Shown here: one piece after another, positions 1 to 12,250 of the stretch
Layout of the letters: the number at the start of each line of letters is the position of its first letter
Numbering within the stretch: the first letter of the stretch is position 1
DNA from: Octopus vulgaris
Lineage: Eukaryota
Assembly: GCA_951406725.2 (NCBI GenBank)
Contig: OX597826.1
Span: 34,224,001 to 34,288,000, forward strand
Reading direction: 5' to 3'
Length of the DNA: 64,000 bases
Translations under genes and position numbers: made by a program
Notes under the pieces: generated by a model
Databases searched by the model: none
What the model was told of the DNA's origin: nothing
What the model saw: the letters and a program-made list of their open reading frames with translations, nothing else

Positions 1-308
1 AACCTAGTACTTACTCTATCGTCTCTTTTGCCGAACCGCTAAATTACGGGGACAAACACAGACACAAATACACACACACACACGCATATATATATATATA
101 TATATATATACGACGGGCTTCTTTCAGTTTTATCTACCAAACCCACTGAGAAGGCTTTGGTCAGTAGAAGACTATTGCCCAAGAGTCTTACCACGCAGCC
201 ACACCTGCACCTATAAAAGACACTTATCCAGGGTGCCACGCAAAGTGACTGAACCGGAAATCATGTGATTGTAGAGCGAGCTTCTTAACCACGCAGCCAG
301 ACATGCGC
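1..308 (-). mobile_element. SINE family A (tRNA-derived, internal microsatellite), cut by window edge
   Basis: Reverse complement of the family body (aagaagcccgtcg, (TA)(TG) linker, cggttcggcaaaagagacgatagagtaagtactagg) shared with copies at 588, 17938 and 49160. Confidence 0.85.
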
Positions 309-587
309 ACAAAGCAAGGAACTTTTTAGAAACCCTTCGTATATCCTTGTAATGGATGTTGTACTTGCTTCCAGATAAACAACAAAAATATGCTCAGACG
401 AATTTGACTCGGTTGATTATGGTGCTAAAATGTTACAATGCTGCATTTGGAGTCAGTTTCTCATTGCATTGGCAATGAATCGAGATGTTTTCCAAGTAGC
501 ATATTACTGACAAATCAATTAACGAATATTTGCAATTGGAAACTTACTCTCCAGCACAGAGAAAAAAAAAGAATAAATTTTAAAAAA

Positions 588-801
588 GGCGTAGGCGTGG
601 CTGAGTGGTAAGAAGCTTGCTTCCCAACCAAATGGTTCTGGGTTCAATCCCACTTTGTAGCCCCTTGAGCAAGTGTCCTCTAATGTAGCCTCGGGCCGAC
701 CAAATCCTTGTGAGTACAATTGCTAGACGGAAACTGGAAGAAGCCCGACATATATATATAAATGTATATATATATATATATATGTATATATATACATATG
801 C

Positions 802-871
<70 letters not shown>

Positions 872-1114
872 GTGTGTGTGTATGTGTGTGTGTGTGTGTG
901 TGTGTATATATTTGTATGTGTGTTTGGGTTTGTTCCCCCGCCATCGCTTGATGGCGTGTTTATGTCCCTGCGATTAACGGTTCGGCGAAAAAGATCGATA
1001 GAATAAGCACTGGGCTTACAAAGAATAAGTCCTGGGGACGATTTCTTCGACCAACACCCTTTAAGGCGGTGTTTCAGTATGAAGCAATCATACTAACAGT
1101 AAAATGAAAAGAAT
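588..1114 (+). mobile_element. SINE family A, full length, with expanded internal (TA)n/(TG)n
   Basis: Head ggcgtaggcgtggctgagtggtaag (A box) and gggttcaatccc (B box); body gcctcgggccgaccaaa...gacggaaactggaagaagcccg; microsatellite at ~750-920; 3' half and aaagaat tail. Confidence 0.9.
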
Positions 1115-2029
1115 ATAATTTGCATCCATAATCTGTTTTTGTGGATCATAAACTGAACATGAGGATTATCTCTACTAGAGAAGATTAAAAAGTTATTTTA
1201 CTCAGGATATATTCTGAATATATCACCACATATATATATATACTAACGCGTGCACAAGCGCGCACATAAACATAAGCACACACGCACACACACTTCCATA
1301 AATATTCATATACACACATATATATGTATTCATACTTATATATGCATATATGGACATATCTATCCTTAGATACGTATACATGTATGTATAAACAGGCAGA
1401 ATCGTTCACTTCAAACGCAAAAACATCCTATTTAATGCAATTCTTGCTCTATAGTAGTTATTAATAACTATGTTGTGGTTGAAAGAAAATCTTGTTGAGT
1501 CTGTTAGCATCCATTATTTGTAATCTGCCAAATTTCTAATTAAAACAAAGTTCAAACAAGGATTATTTTTGTTTTTTTCGCAAAAATAATTAATGTTACA
1601 TGGATATTAATGTTTCATGGATGTTTCTTTATCATAACATTTATGCCATCAAGTTTAAATCTACTCTCATAAATTTTCAATTATAACCATGTAGATTGGT
1701 TAGTTGTCTCTAACCAATCGCATGATGTTCCTAAGAGATCTGACACTTTTTTTCCTATTAACGCAGCGAAAACACTCCAGAATTAATTATATTTTACATT
1801 CTACCAATTTGTTTTCTATGGAAACTTTATTGCTCTTCTACATAGAAAACATGTGTTCTCATGAACCAATGCCACAATTCTTAACTTCGTGGAATTTAGT
1901 CATTGCATTAAAGAAGTTATAGAAATTGTTGCAAGATTCATAATTATTCTCTTTGTCATAGATATTTCCCTTAATGAGGATTTGAAATATGTTGGTGTTA
2001 AATTAACATAGCTTAGTTTATAATAAACT

Positions 2030-2250
2030 AAGGTAGCTAACTGGTAGAATCATAAACACACCGGACAAAACGTTTAGTGGCGTTTCGTCCATCGTTACTT
2101 TCCGAGTTCTAGTTCAGCCGGGGTTGAGTTTTGCCTTTCATCTTTTCGAGGTCGATGAAATAATTACCAGTTGAATATTAGGGGTCAATGTAATCGACTT
2201 ACTCTCTTGCTCTTAAATTGCTGACCTTGTGGCAAAACTGGAAATCAGTA
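2030..2250 (+). mobile_element. SINE family B (tRNA-derived)
   Basis: ctggtagaatc...gagttctagttc...gcctttcatcttttcgaggtcgatgaaataattaccag...ttgctgaccttgtggcaaaa, homologous to many copies in the window. Confidence 0.85.
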
Positions 2251-2265
2251 ATATGTAATGAACTA

Positions 2266-2475
2266 AGGCAGAGAACTGGTTGAATAAAACACGCAGAGCA
2301 AAATGCTTAGCGGTATTTCGTCCGTCATTACGTTCTGAGTTCAAATCCCGACGAGTTCGATTTTACTTAATATCCTTTCTGGCTCGATGAAATAAATACC
2401 AGTTGAGTACTGGGGTCGATGTAATTGACTTACCCTTCCAGTAAAACTTCGCCTTGTGTCAAAATTTTAAACTAA
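2266..2475 (+). mobile_element. SINE family B, tandem with the previous copy
   Basis: atgcttagcggtatttcgtccgtcattacgttctgagttcaaatcc...aaataccagttgagtactggggtcgat. Confidence 0.85.
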
Positions 2476-3278
2476 TATCAATATCATGTAATAAGCTATT
2501 ATGTATAAACTACTGGACTTTGTTTTATATTCTGACGCCTTAGGGTTAAACTGGAAAAGCGAGGGAAAGAGGTTAAAGTTTAAAAATCATTGTATTTTCA
2601 GGTTACGTATGACTTCATATAACATTGATACATTCTTCAAATAAATCTTTGAATGATAGAATCTTAAATTATTGTGTATTTTTAAAAACTTTTTATTTCT
2701 CCTTTTACTAAATCTAACCTCATTTTCTGTAAGATCTCAACATTTGCTATTAGTACGTCTTTATTCTTCATTTCTTCCTGCATGCAGTTACACCCCACCC
2801 CCACGCAACGAAATCATTCCTTCTCTCTCATTATATATCTCTCTTTATACTTATGTATTTATCTGTGTGTGTGTGTGTGTGTGTATATGTATGTGTGTAT
2901 GTGCGTTATCTATATGAACGCAGGTGTATGTGAATACGTTTTTAAATGTGTGAGCTTATATCATACATGTACAATATTTGAATTTTCTTTGCCTAAATGT
3001 CTTTGTCATGACCCTTTCACTATCAACTGAAAGGCACAGTCGTAACTACTCGAGCACAAACGCATGTACACAAGTACACACATACACACATACTCACACA
3101 CACACACATACACACACACACACACAAACTAGCATCTTCATACATGTATTGTTTAGAATCCTATATTTTGGTTCGTATATAGCCTAATATATATACATAC
3201 ACATAAATATATATATACAGGCAGAAGCATACATACGAATACATACATACATGCATACGCACATACATACACACATAC

Positions 3279-3347
<69 letters not shown>

Positions 3348-3651
3348 CATATTTTTATATATAAATACTTATACATATATGCACATATGTATGCTTTATG
3401 TGTATGAGTGTAAGTATACCAAAGGATGTGTGTGAGTGTGTGCATGTGTGCGTGCGTGTGTGTGTGTATGTGTACACATGCTGTTCCTTTCTTCATATAT
3501 TTCTCATCTGATGACGTCAGTGAAGTCATGAATTAGCAAAACTTAAAAAAACATAAATAAATAACTGTCTTTTAACTGAAAAAATTCAAAGGAAAATTAG
3601 AAATTATAATTACCACTTTCTACCTTTTCTTTGAGAAAATGACGACGGCGA

Positions 3652-3653
3652 AT

Positions 3654-3724
<71 letters not shown>

Positions 3725-3800
3725 GATGATCATAATAACGATGATGATAATGATGATGTTGGTAATGATACTGATTGTGGGAACGGTGATGATAATTATG
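3652..3800. repeat. (ATG)n microsatellite with degenerate extension
   Basis: Direct inspection; explains the poly-M and poly-H ORFs. Confidence 0.95.
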
Positions 3801-5133
3801 AATCACTTTCTTTTTTCCTTTCCCATCGTAACTGACAATCTTGCCAAGAATAATATAGACAACTGTTTAATGAATGTATGGAATAATAGATGGAAAGATA
3901 GCCTGATGGATAGACCAGATAGATAGATAGGTATGTAGATGTACATAGAGAAACACACACACAGAAGCAGGTACACACGCACACACATATATGTATATGT
4001 ATGTGCATATACATAGGGATGTATTTAGAGGGGTGAGTGAGACAATCCATTGCTAGGGGAATTAATATGTATAATAGTATGATAAATGCATCTCTGCCGT
4101 TTCTTCAACTTGTGAAACTATTTTTTTGTAGTTGCGTTTGTTTCACTCGGAGTTTGTTCTGATTCAGTTGTCCCCAATTTGCAAAACAAAAAAAAGTTAA
4201 ACGGTATGGACAATACATTTTATGGAGCAGCATACAGGACTATATAATCTGTGATATCCTTCAAATATCTAATCCATTATGATGTAATCTGATAGATATT
4301 TGTCGTCTTATTTTTAGCTATTCGAATAATCCTGTTACTGTAATCTCACGCTGACTCGTGCGCGAATTGTTTTTCTCACGTTCGTTTGATAGGCATCTTA
4401 CAGATTAGGTTGTAAACTCATTCATTGTCTACCTTCTTATGAACATTGTGATTATATCAATAGATCTTAACTCTAACACCATCTCTTTCACTGCAAACAG
4501 CTTTCATCCTAACTAAATATATGCAGGTGTTCAAGTGAAGAAGGTGCATATCTCTTTAGCATTCATGGAGTTATAACCTTGTAAAGAATATGAGAGAATT
4601 TCGATTCAACCATGCTGCGCTTCAGTTTATAAGAGATAATAATACGTTATAACAATTGATAGCAAACTTGAGTTCTAATTAACAGTGACATTCAGTTGGC
4701 TATAGATGTTTCTTGGATTTCTTTTGTGCAGTAGAGATCCACAAGGACATGTTTTCTAATTTTGAAAGGTGATTCAACTTGTTCAAGCTAATTTATATCC
4801 GTACATACGTGCTTACGCAAGCATAAATGTACACAAAAACACACTCACAAACACATATATACATGTGTGCGCATGTGTGTATATATATATATATATATAT
4901 AAAATCATAAGATTGTACATACATACATTCATACATACATACATACATACATACATACATACATACATACATACATACATAATTTAATAATTATACATGC
5001 ATATAATTATATTAAGAGAACAAACGACCTTTCTCCAACATTCTTGAAGATACCGCGGCATTTTCAGGCATGCTAGAGATAGGTGAGTGTTCGCCCTTGT
5101 TCCTTTAATATAATTATATACATATACGCATAG

Positions 5134-5238
5134 AGTGACCATGTGGTAAGTAGCTTGCTTACGAACCACATGGTTCCGGGTTTAGTCCTACTACGTGGCA
5201 CCTCGGGCCGACCAAAGCCTTGTGTGTGAATTTGCTAG
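5134..5238 (+). mobile_element. SINE family A 5' fragment with internal deletion
   Basis: tgtggtaagtagcttgcttacgaaccacatggttccgggtttagtcc joined directly to cctcgggccgaccaaagccttgtg. Confidence 0.8.
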
Positions 5239-5574
5239 ATTTGCACTTTACTTGTTTCTGGTCTTCTTAGTTTCGCTTGTGAGATCGTTGTAGTTTTGTA
5301 CAAGCCGTACTCGACTAAAACCCCTTGCAAGGACATAGCCGAGAGCTCTGTCAGCAATGGTCATGCTCGTTTAACGAGTAGACATCCATCATACACAGAC
5401 ATATGGATATATAGATGGATGGATAGATAGAGATATAGATGGCTAAATAAACAGATAAATATAGATAGACAGATACGTAGACAGACTGAAAGACAGACAG
5501 ATGAATATATATTTACACACACACACACGTACACACATACACACACAAACGCAGACACACGCACACATACACAT

Positions 5575-5589
5575 ATAGATAGATAGATT

Positions 5590-5659
<70 letters not shown>

Positions 5660-5751
5660 TAGATAGATAAATAGATAAAGCGAGAAAGACAGAAAAGTAG
5701 ACAGATAGATAGATGAATAGATAGATAGAGAGATAGATAGATAGATGATAG

Positions 5752-5838
<87 letters not shown>

Positions 5839-5842
5839 CAGA
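5575..5842. repeat. (AGAT)n/(AGAC)n microsatellite
   Basis: Direct inspection. Confidence 0.95.
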
Positions 5843-8689
5843 CATGTTAGCCATTCAAAAAGGCACAAAGACTGCTAACTTCATTTAAACATGTCTTTGT
5901 AGTATGGAGTCAAATGGTTCGTCTCTAGAAGTTGCGACCTGGTCAATCTGAAGATTTCATTGCATTTCAGTTCAACACTGTTTGTGACTGGGTCACTATT
6001 TTGAGCGGAAAAGTATTGAGAATGTTTGAGAAACGTTCACAGCTTTTGTGCGTTCTTGAATATTTAACGTGTGTCTTCCACGCTGCGATTGTGTCATTCG
6101 TCTGCTGCAGCTGTAGACAAAATATGTTGGTATGGGTTGTTCGACCATCCGAAATGAACTCGAGGGTAAGCCATTCCCTCATACGTCCACCAGACGCAGA
6201 GCATGGAAACGCCTATGTTTGGCCACATGTCCTGGAAGCCGGTCCTTGCTAAACCATTGCTTATGCACATAAAGACTGCGTAAAAATATCTCTCTCGGAT
6301 TATGACGTTATTACGCTCGTGAAGATTCATCAACCAAGGAGGGAAGGTGGTAGTTTCAGAGAAGGAATTCTTCCCCTAGAAGGACAATAAATGGTATCTG
6401 CGTGCGTTTAAAACAAAATTGACAGGAATATGGCTCCAGACTGTGCGACACAATGGTTTTTACTTCGACTGCTAAGCTGCTTTTGTTGTAGCTTAACGAG
6501 TAAAGCAAATATGTTACCGAAATACTGTGAAACTTTTGACTCAACACAATAGTTTCAAGACAGCGTCATATCAAATTGCTCGCCCAGCATCTATACCTCC
6601 GTGATATATTTATATAATTGAAATAGAAAATGTCAGATTCACTTACGTAGATTACATCATTATAGTTTACTGTCTTACCTATGTGTAAACCTAAAGCATG
6701 TGACTAACTCTGAAATTAATTCGAATCTTGCCTTTTTTTGACAGGAGTCAATAGAAGTTGATGGAATTTTCGCCAAGCATCTACTACCATAAGCTCGACC
6801 TGATAAGTATCCATTTATATACTTACATATATATCTATTATCACACACTCTCCGTTATATGAGCACAACTCACCGCATACTCTTCTCTTCTTAACTCCTT
6901 CCCACCTGATCTCTAATCCTCATCTTACGCCTCTACCCTCCTTTCGATCACGCTTTTCAATTTTCTTTCCTTTTCTCCCAATGAAACGTCAAAGTCCCTC
7001 TTCTGTTTTCTGTTTCCTTTCCAAGTGTGAAACCAATAACACCTTTATGAAAACTTGTCCCTTTTGTTCTGCTTGTCTTCCTTTTGTTCATTCATGTTAT
7101 ACATGCATAAATACATACATATATAAAAACATCAGTGTAAATATATTTTACTGATAAATATTATCACAGCAGGATATGACATCTGCAAGATGAGCAAAAT
7201 TCAGTGTTTTACAGACTAAGTACCTTTCATTTCACATCAAGTTAGAAACTAAAGGCCACTTTTATCATTAAAAATGCAGTGACCAAGTGAATGGAGAAGT
7301 AGAGCTCGATAAACAACAGAGCGCTCTTTTTTACAAGTTGCCTTAATAGCACCAACAAGTTAGAACCCATGAAAACCTCGAAGAATTAAATTAATGCTTT
7401 ATAATCACTTTTATGCTCTTTCGTATTATCAAGTGAAAACCTGGTATTAATAGACATACACCAGAAGGTACCCTTCTTTATTTGCTTCTCAATTTAAAAA
7501 TGACATCTTTCTTATGCTGTCATCGATATTGTTTTTATCCAAGGGCCTTCAATTCCCTTATGTATGGATATCCACAACAAGTCTAGACTTTGCATAAAAA
7601 AATATATTCATGCATTTTGATTACACAGTAGATTTTATATACAGACATACATGTGTTTATGCGTGTCATTCAAAGGTCAGTTTACGTTTTTCTATTTCAT
7701 ACTTTAATATTTATAATTACATTTTCACAATAAATGTAATTATATCTGTTCGTGTATTTAATAAAGTTTTCTTTAATGTGATCTGATTAGATTACAATGC
7801 GGTCTTATTAGATTAGACTGAATTCAACGCCACCTTAACTCTGTTCCTGAAGAAAAAATAGATAAGTCTATCGTAATATATCGTAATATAATGAACCAAA
7901 CGAGTTTAGACGAATAAAATTACACATGAAATATAAAACAGTAAATATTAGAAAAATATACAAAAGACAAATCTAAATAAGATATGACAATAACAGAATG
8001 ACGTATACTAAAAGTTGGTTTGTGTATCGTATTGTTGGTTAATACTTGTTTGAATACACTAATGGTGATGATTTTAACTGTTCCATGTTGACACGATGAT
8101 ATTAGTTACAAGTGACAGTTTAGCAGACAATAGATTCGCAAAGAATATTTTCAGTATCAATGTTGCACCTGAGTAAGCAATATTTCTTCATATTTAATGA
8201 AGAAAACTATTTTGTATTGAATATTGTAATTAATAGTATTCAAAATTTTGACTACAAATGTACATCGAAAGTTAAGCACTGATTGCTTTACATTTACGTA
8301 AGATGTACTGCTATTTGCTGAACTTTATTTTGAAAAAGTTAATGAGACGGAAAACATGCATACAACGAGTACTAGCATCGCATTTTCACGCGCTCAGTTT
8401 GTAAAATCACTGAACTCTTAAGATTCCAGTTACTAACTAATGGGCAATGATAGGCCGTGACTCGGTTATACAACTGCAAGTACATACAATGCAATGCGCA
8501 GTGATTCGAGTACGCTACTGGGAGATGAAATTATCGCACTAAATGTTGATACGTTAGAATTATATAGAATGGGTGCAAATTTGTTTGCAGTAGTATATGA
8601 AATATTAGCATCGTTTTTGTTGAGAACTGGATTATTCTTGGTGTTCTTGTGTGAAATGATGAAGAACTGATACATAATTTGGTTGTATA

Positions 8690-9300
8690 GCCGGATACTA
8701 ACTACTTGAATGGGGAACTATACCTAGTCAGTGATCGCTTCTTCCGGTGTATATAGGCTATAATTTACAACTAAGTTGATTCATTGGTACAAGTGAAGGA
8801 GGCCCAACAATGCCAAGTTGCTAGTATTTTAAATGTTAGGAGCTTTATGACATATTCATACATACATTAAATATCGAAAGGCATTCCTTGACCAAGATTG
8901 TATACATGAGGCTGATAAAATCTTAAGACTTGGAAGGTAGCTCCTTGAGTAACATTCTTTGTCTGATAACCTGGAACACTTGACCAAAGAAGTCGCACGA
9001 CTCTACCGCAACGTATTATCAGATGAAAAGATGAGCCTATATGAACAGAAGACTATGCATGGATATACTACTAGAAAGCTCTGTGATGATAGTAGCATTG
9101 ATCATCAAAGCAGTCTGTCATGGACCAATGGCCGGATTACTACATCCCACTCTGAAGGGTATGCGTTTACATTCCAGGAACAGGAAATATTAACCAAAAA
9201 CCTGATGTCAACCGATGCAGACTTTGTGGAGTTAACACCAGAGATATCACCTGCATCATAAGCAGTTGTCCAAATATATTATCATGATGTTATTTACCAA
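8690..9300 (+). mobile_element. Decayed RLE non-LTR retrotransposon (R4/Dong-like), post-RT region and zinc knuckle
   Basis: ORF 8959-9261 KTMHGY...IDHQSSLSW...TSHSEGYAFTFQEQEI; a shifted frame gives CRLCGVNTRDITCIISSCP (degenerate CCHC) then YLP. Confidence 0.85.
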
Positions 9301-10178
9301 CTAGAGCACCTAGAAAGCGCAAGCCGCCGCCAAGGCAATACCAACGACCTCCCAACGATTAGCCAGAGATGATTTTTAAAATGAGAATATCTGAAATAAA
9401 CTCGACTGCTCTCGCAAACGAGAATACTAAAAATGATCCCGAGCGCTCTCAAAAATTAAGTAAAAAAATAAAAACAGGAAAAATAATCCAGAATCCTTGT
9501 CCGGTACCTGATCGATCCCAGTGTAGTCATGGAATGTGAAGGTGGCTGTAGAAAATTTAGTTAACAAATTCACCATTCAAAATAGTTTGAAAGGCGGGGG
9601 TAATAATAATAAGTTCTACTCAGGAATTTTTAAATGAATAGCATGAGACCTTTTGGCTTTCTCTTCTCTTCCAGCCTTCCTTTAGTATTCCTGTTGTTTT
9701 AGATCACTGTATAGATGTATGTATATATGTAAGTACTGCAAAGTATTAACATGGATAATATATAATATATATATTATAAAAATATGTTCGTGTTAAATAT
9801 TGAACGGTTTTGCTGCCGTTTCCTTATGTAGTTTGATTTCTTTATCCATCAGTTTCTACTGAAATAGAGACGGGAGTAAAATTAAGAATAGAGGAACGAA
9901 AATAAAACTTTGAAAACAGCCTAAAGGGAGATAATTGAGAAAGACGTGAAAGTCAACGTAAGATCGTAATCATGTAAAGTAAAGTAAATATAACAAATGA
10001 TCCAGAATCCGTGACCGATACCGGATCGATCGCAAAATCTAATGAATTTGTGCCAGTCACGAGTTCAAACATGCCTGAAAGTTTAATCCGAATCCATCCC
10101 GCGGTTCTTGAGATATCTTGTCCACGGACAAACAAACAAACACGCCTGGAAACAATACCTTTGCCAAGGCGGAGTTAA
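9301..10178. mobile_element. Non-autonomous insertion, Helentron/HINE-like, interrupting the LINE
   Basis: Begins (aa)ctagagcac...ccgccaagg and ends gaaacaatacctttgccaaggcggagttaa; internal repeat atccagaatcc...gatcgatc at ~9486 and ~9999; removing it restores LINE codons YLP-I-RHD. Confidence 0.6.
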
Positions 10179-10848
10179 TAAGGCATGATATTGTAGCAAG
10201 GACACTCTATAATGGAATCAGTCGGAACAATAACCAGGAGGACAAATAAATAAGGACCAACAGTATGGTAGAAGCCCCATCCACTCATGACAAGAATGAG
10301 TACTGTTGGGGTGTCCTCGATAAAATGCAGAGACAAAATGCCTGATATAATGATTTGGGATAGAGAAGAGAAACTGTGTACGGTTGTAGAGACTAGTTGC
10401 CCAGCAGATGTTAACATATAGCTGAAGATCAGTGAAAAAGTGAATATCTAGGCTGAACTATTGAAAAATTTGAAGTTACTCTATGCAGATTACAAGTTCA
10501 GGTTTATACCCGTAATTATTGGAGCCTTGAAATATGTAACACACTGCGTAAATACCAATCTTGGGAAAGCTAATTTGAAGACTACAGATTCAATCCTCCA
10601 CAGAAACTGAAAAATATCTGTAAAGCTTTCCAGATGTTTATTGTGTAAATATGTATGAGCATGTCTAGATATGCAACTATATGCATGAAAATACATGCAT
10701 AAAGCAAAACATACAAATCTGCACATATACACACATAAAAACATACCTACCTGCAAACAAAATTACCCTGTTGTTGATGTTGAAATTCCAATGAAGGGTA
10801 GAAATCGGCTCTTTCTCTATTGGCAAGAAATCTTGAAATAAAACTGGA
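10179..10848 (+). mobile_element. R4/Dong-like LINE 3' part: RHD motif, PD-(D/E)xK restriction-like endonuclease and 3' UTR
   Basis: Translates to RHDIVARTLYNG, then KMPDIMIWDREEKLCTVVETSCPADVNI*...FIPVIIGALKYV, with stops and frameshifts. Confidence 0.88.
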
Positions 10849-11099
10849 AAATGACATAGAAATATACTTATACACATAAAACTATGTTAAAATTAGCTCT
10901 ATTCTTGAATCAGATGCATAATTATCAAGGTGTCGCATACAAAATCCGGCAACATTCGAAACAAATATACTGGTAGTTGATGAAAATTACATCAATCTTA
11001 ATCATTCACCAGATTTTATACCAGTTTCGTAAGTAAAGCAAGAAAACACACAAAGGCGCATGTGGAAAGTGTGCCATACTTTTATGCTGCGTAAGTTTT

Positions 11100-12250
11100 C
11101 AGTGACACTCTGTGAAATACAAACAGAAAGGAAAACAGATCCTACGACAATCAGCTGTAATAAAAATTTGGAGAGGAAAATCCAGAAGAAAATATGTTAA
11201 AGACAGGTCAAACGAATAACAGAAATTGAAATAGAAATGGAACAGAAGAAGAAAAATACAAAGGAGAATCTGAAAAGAAGTGGTAAAAAAAACAAAAAAA
11301 AACAAAAACAAAACATGGGAAGCATAAATGACAAGGATCAATCTATGAAAGAAACCCAGCAAGTCCAAACTGTAGCGCAACTAAGGAACAGAGACTAACG
11401 AAAACTTGCTGCAAAACAACACAAACTTATAAAGAAAAGGAAATATAAGGATGATTTCGGAATAGGAAACCCTAAAGTTGTAAGTTATGACTAGGATAGC
11501 CTGAAGCTAAAAATGTTTGAAGATTTGCAAGCAATAAAAGAATTTCCTGTGAGCCAACGAAAGTACGTGCTATGGGAAAATAAAACCCGCAAAAACAAAT
11601 TGACACAGCGGTAAAAAAAAACAAACAAAAAAAACATCCACAATCCTGTTGTTACACTATATTAAAACAAATATAAACCTGAATATCTCAGCAGAAATGA
11701 AATAATATATGGAACAGCTAGTGCGATATATATATCTAACAGCTGTTACATAGGTATTCTTTTTGGTGCTTTCTCAGGGTAACATTAAAACACAGTAGCA
11801 AATCAAAACCCTGACACAAAACCCGGAATATACAGGAGTTATAAAAATGTGAAAATATATTTAATTCTTTGAAGAAATCAACAAGGAAAAGAAGCAACTG
11901 CAAAATGTAGGAACGTATATGTCAGGAATATGGCATAAACTAAAACACAAGTACGCCAAAAAGAAAAGAGAAACTGAAATAAAAACCTGCAATAGATCGC
12001 ATAGAAACCATCAATGTAGGAAATTTTAACAATTAATGGAATAAAAAACGCAGTTATACTCTAACTTGAAATCATTTTCTCAAGAACCGGATAAAAATGA
12101 AAGAAGAAATCAATTTCGAAACCAAACAAATAGAGAAATAGAAGGATTTTTGGAAGGCATGAACAGGAAAGGAAGAACAAGGTTATAACTACAGGAGCTA
12201 AAAAAGTGCTCTTGTAACCTACAAGGCTTTAAAGTCTCGTGCTTTACTTC
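11100..12250 (+). mobile_element. Possible highly decayed LINE ORF remnant (pre-RT region)
   Basis: Strong A/purine strand bias and DFWKA-like remnant near 12144; no clean motif. Confidence 0.35.

Noticed and set aside
5880-6560. Minus-strand DGRTTH and FKRTQIP peptides resembling Helitron Pif1 helicase motifs
   Set aside because: The motifs are in the wrong order for Pif1 and lack supporting residues; probably a decayed TE but unassignable
10925-11092. Possible MITE TIRs (gcatacaaaatccggca / tgccatacttttatgc)
   Set aside because: Weak match and no clear TSD
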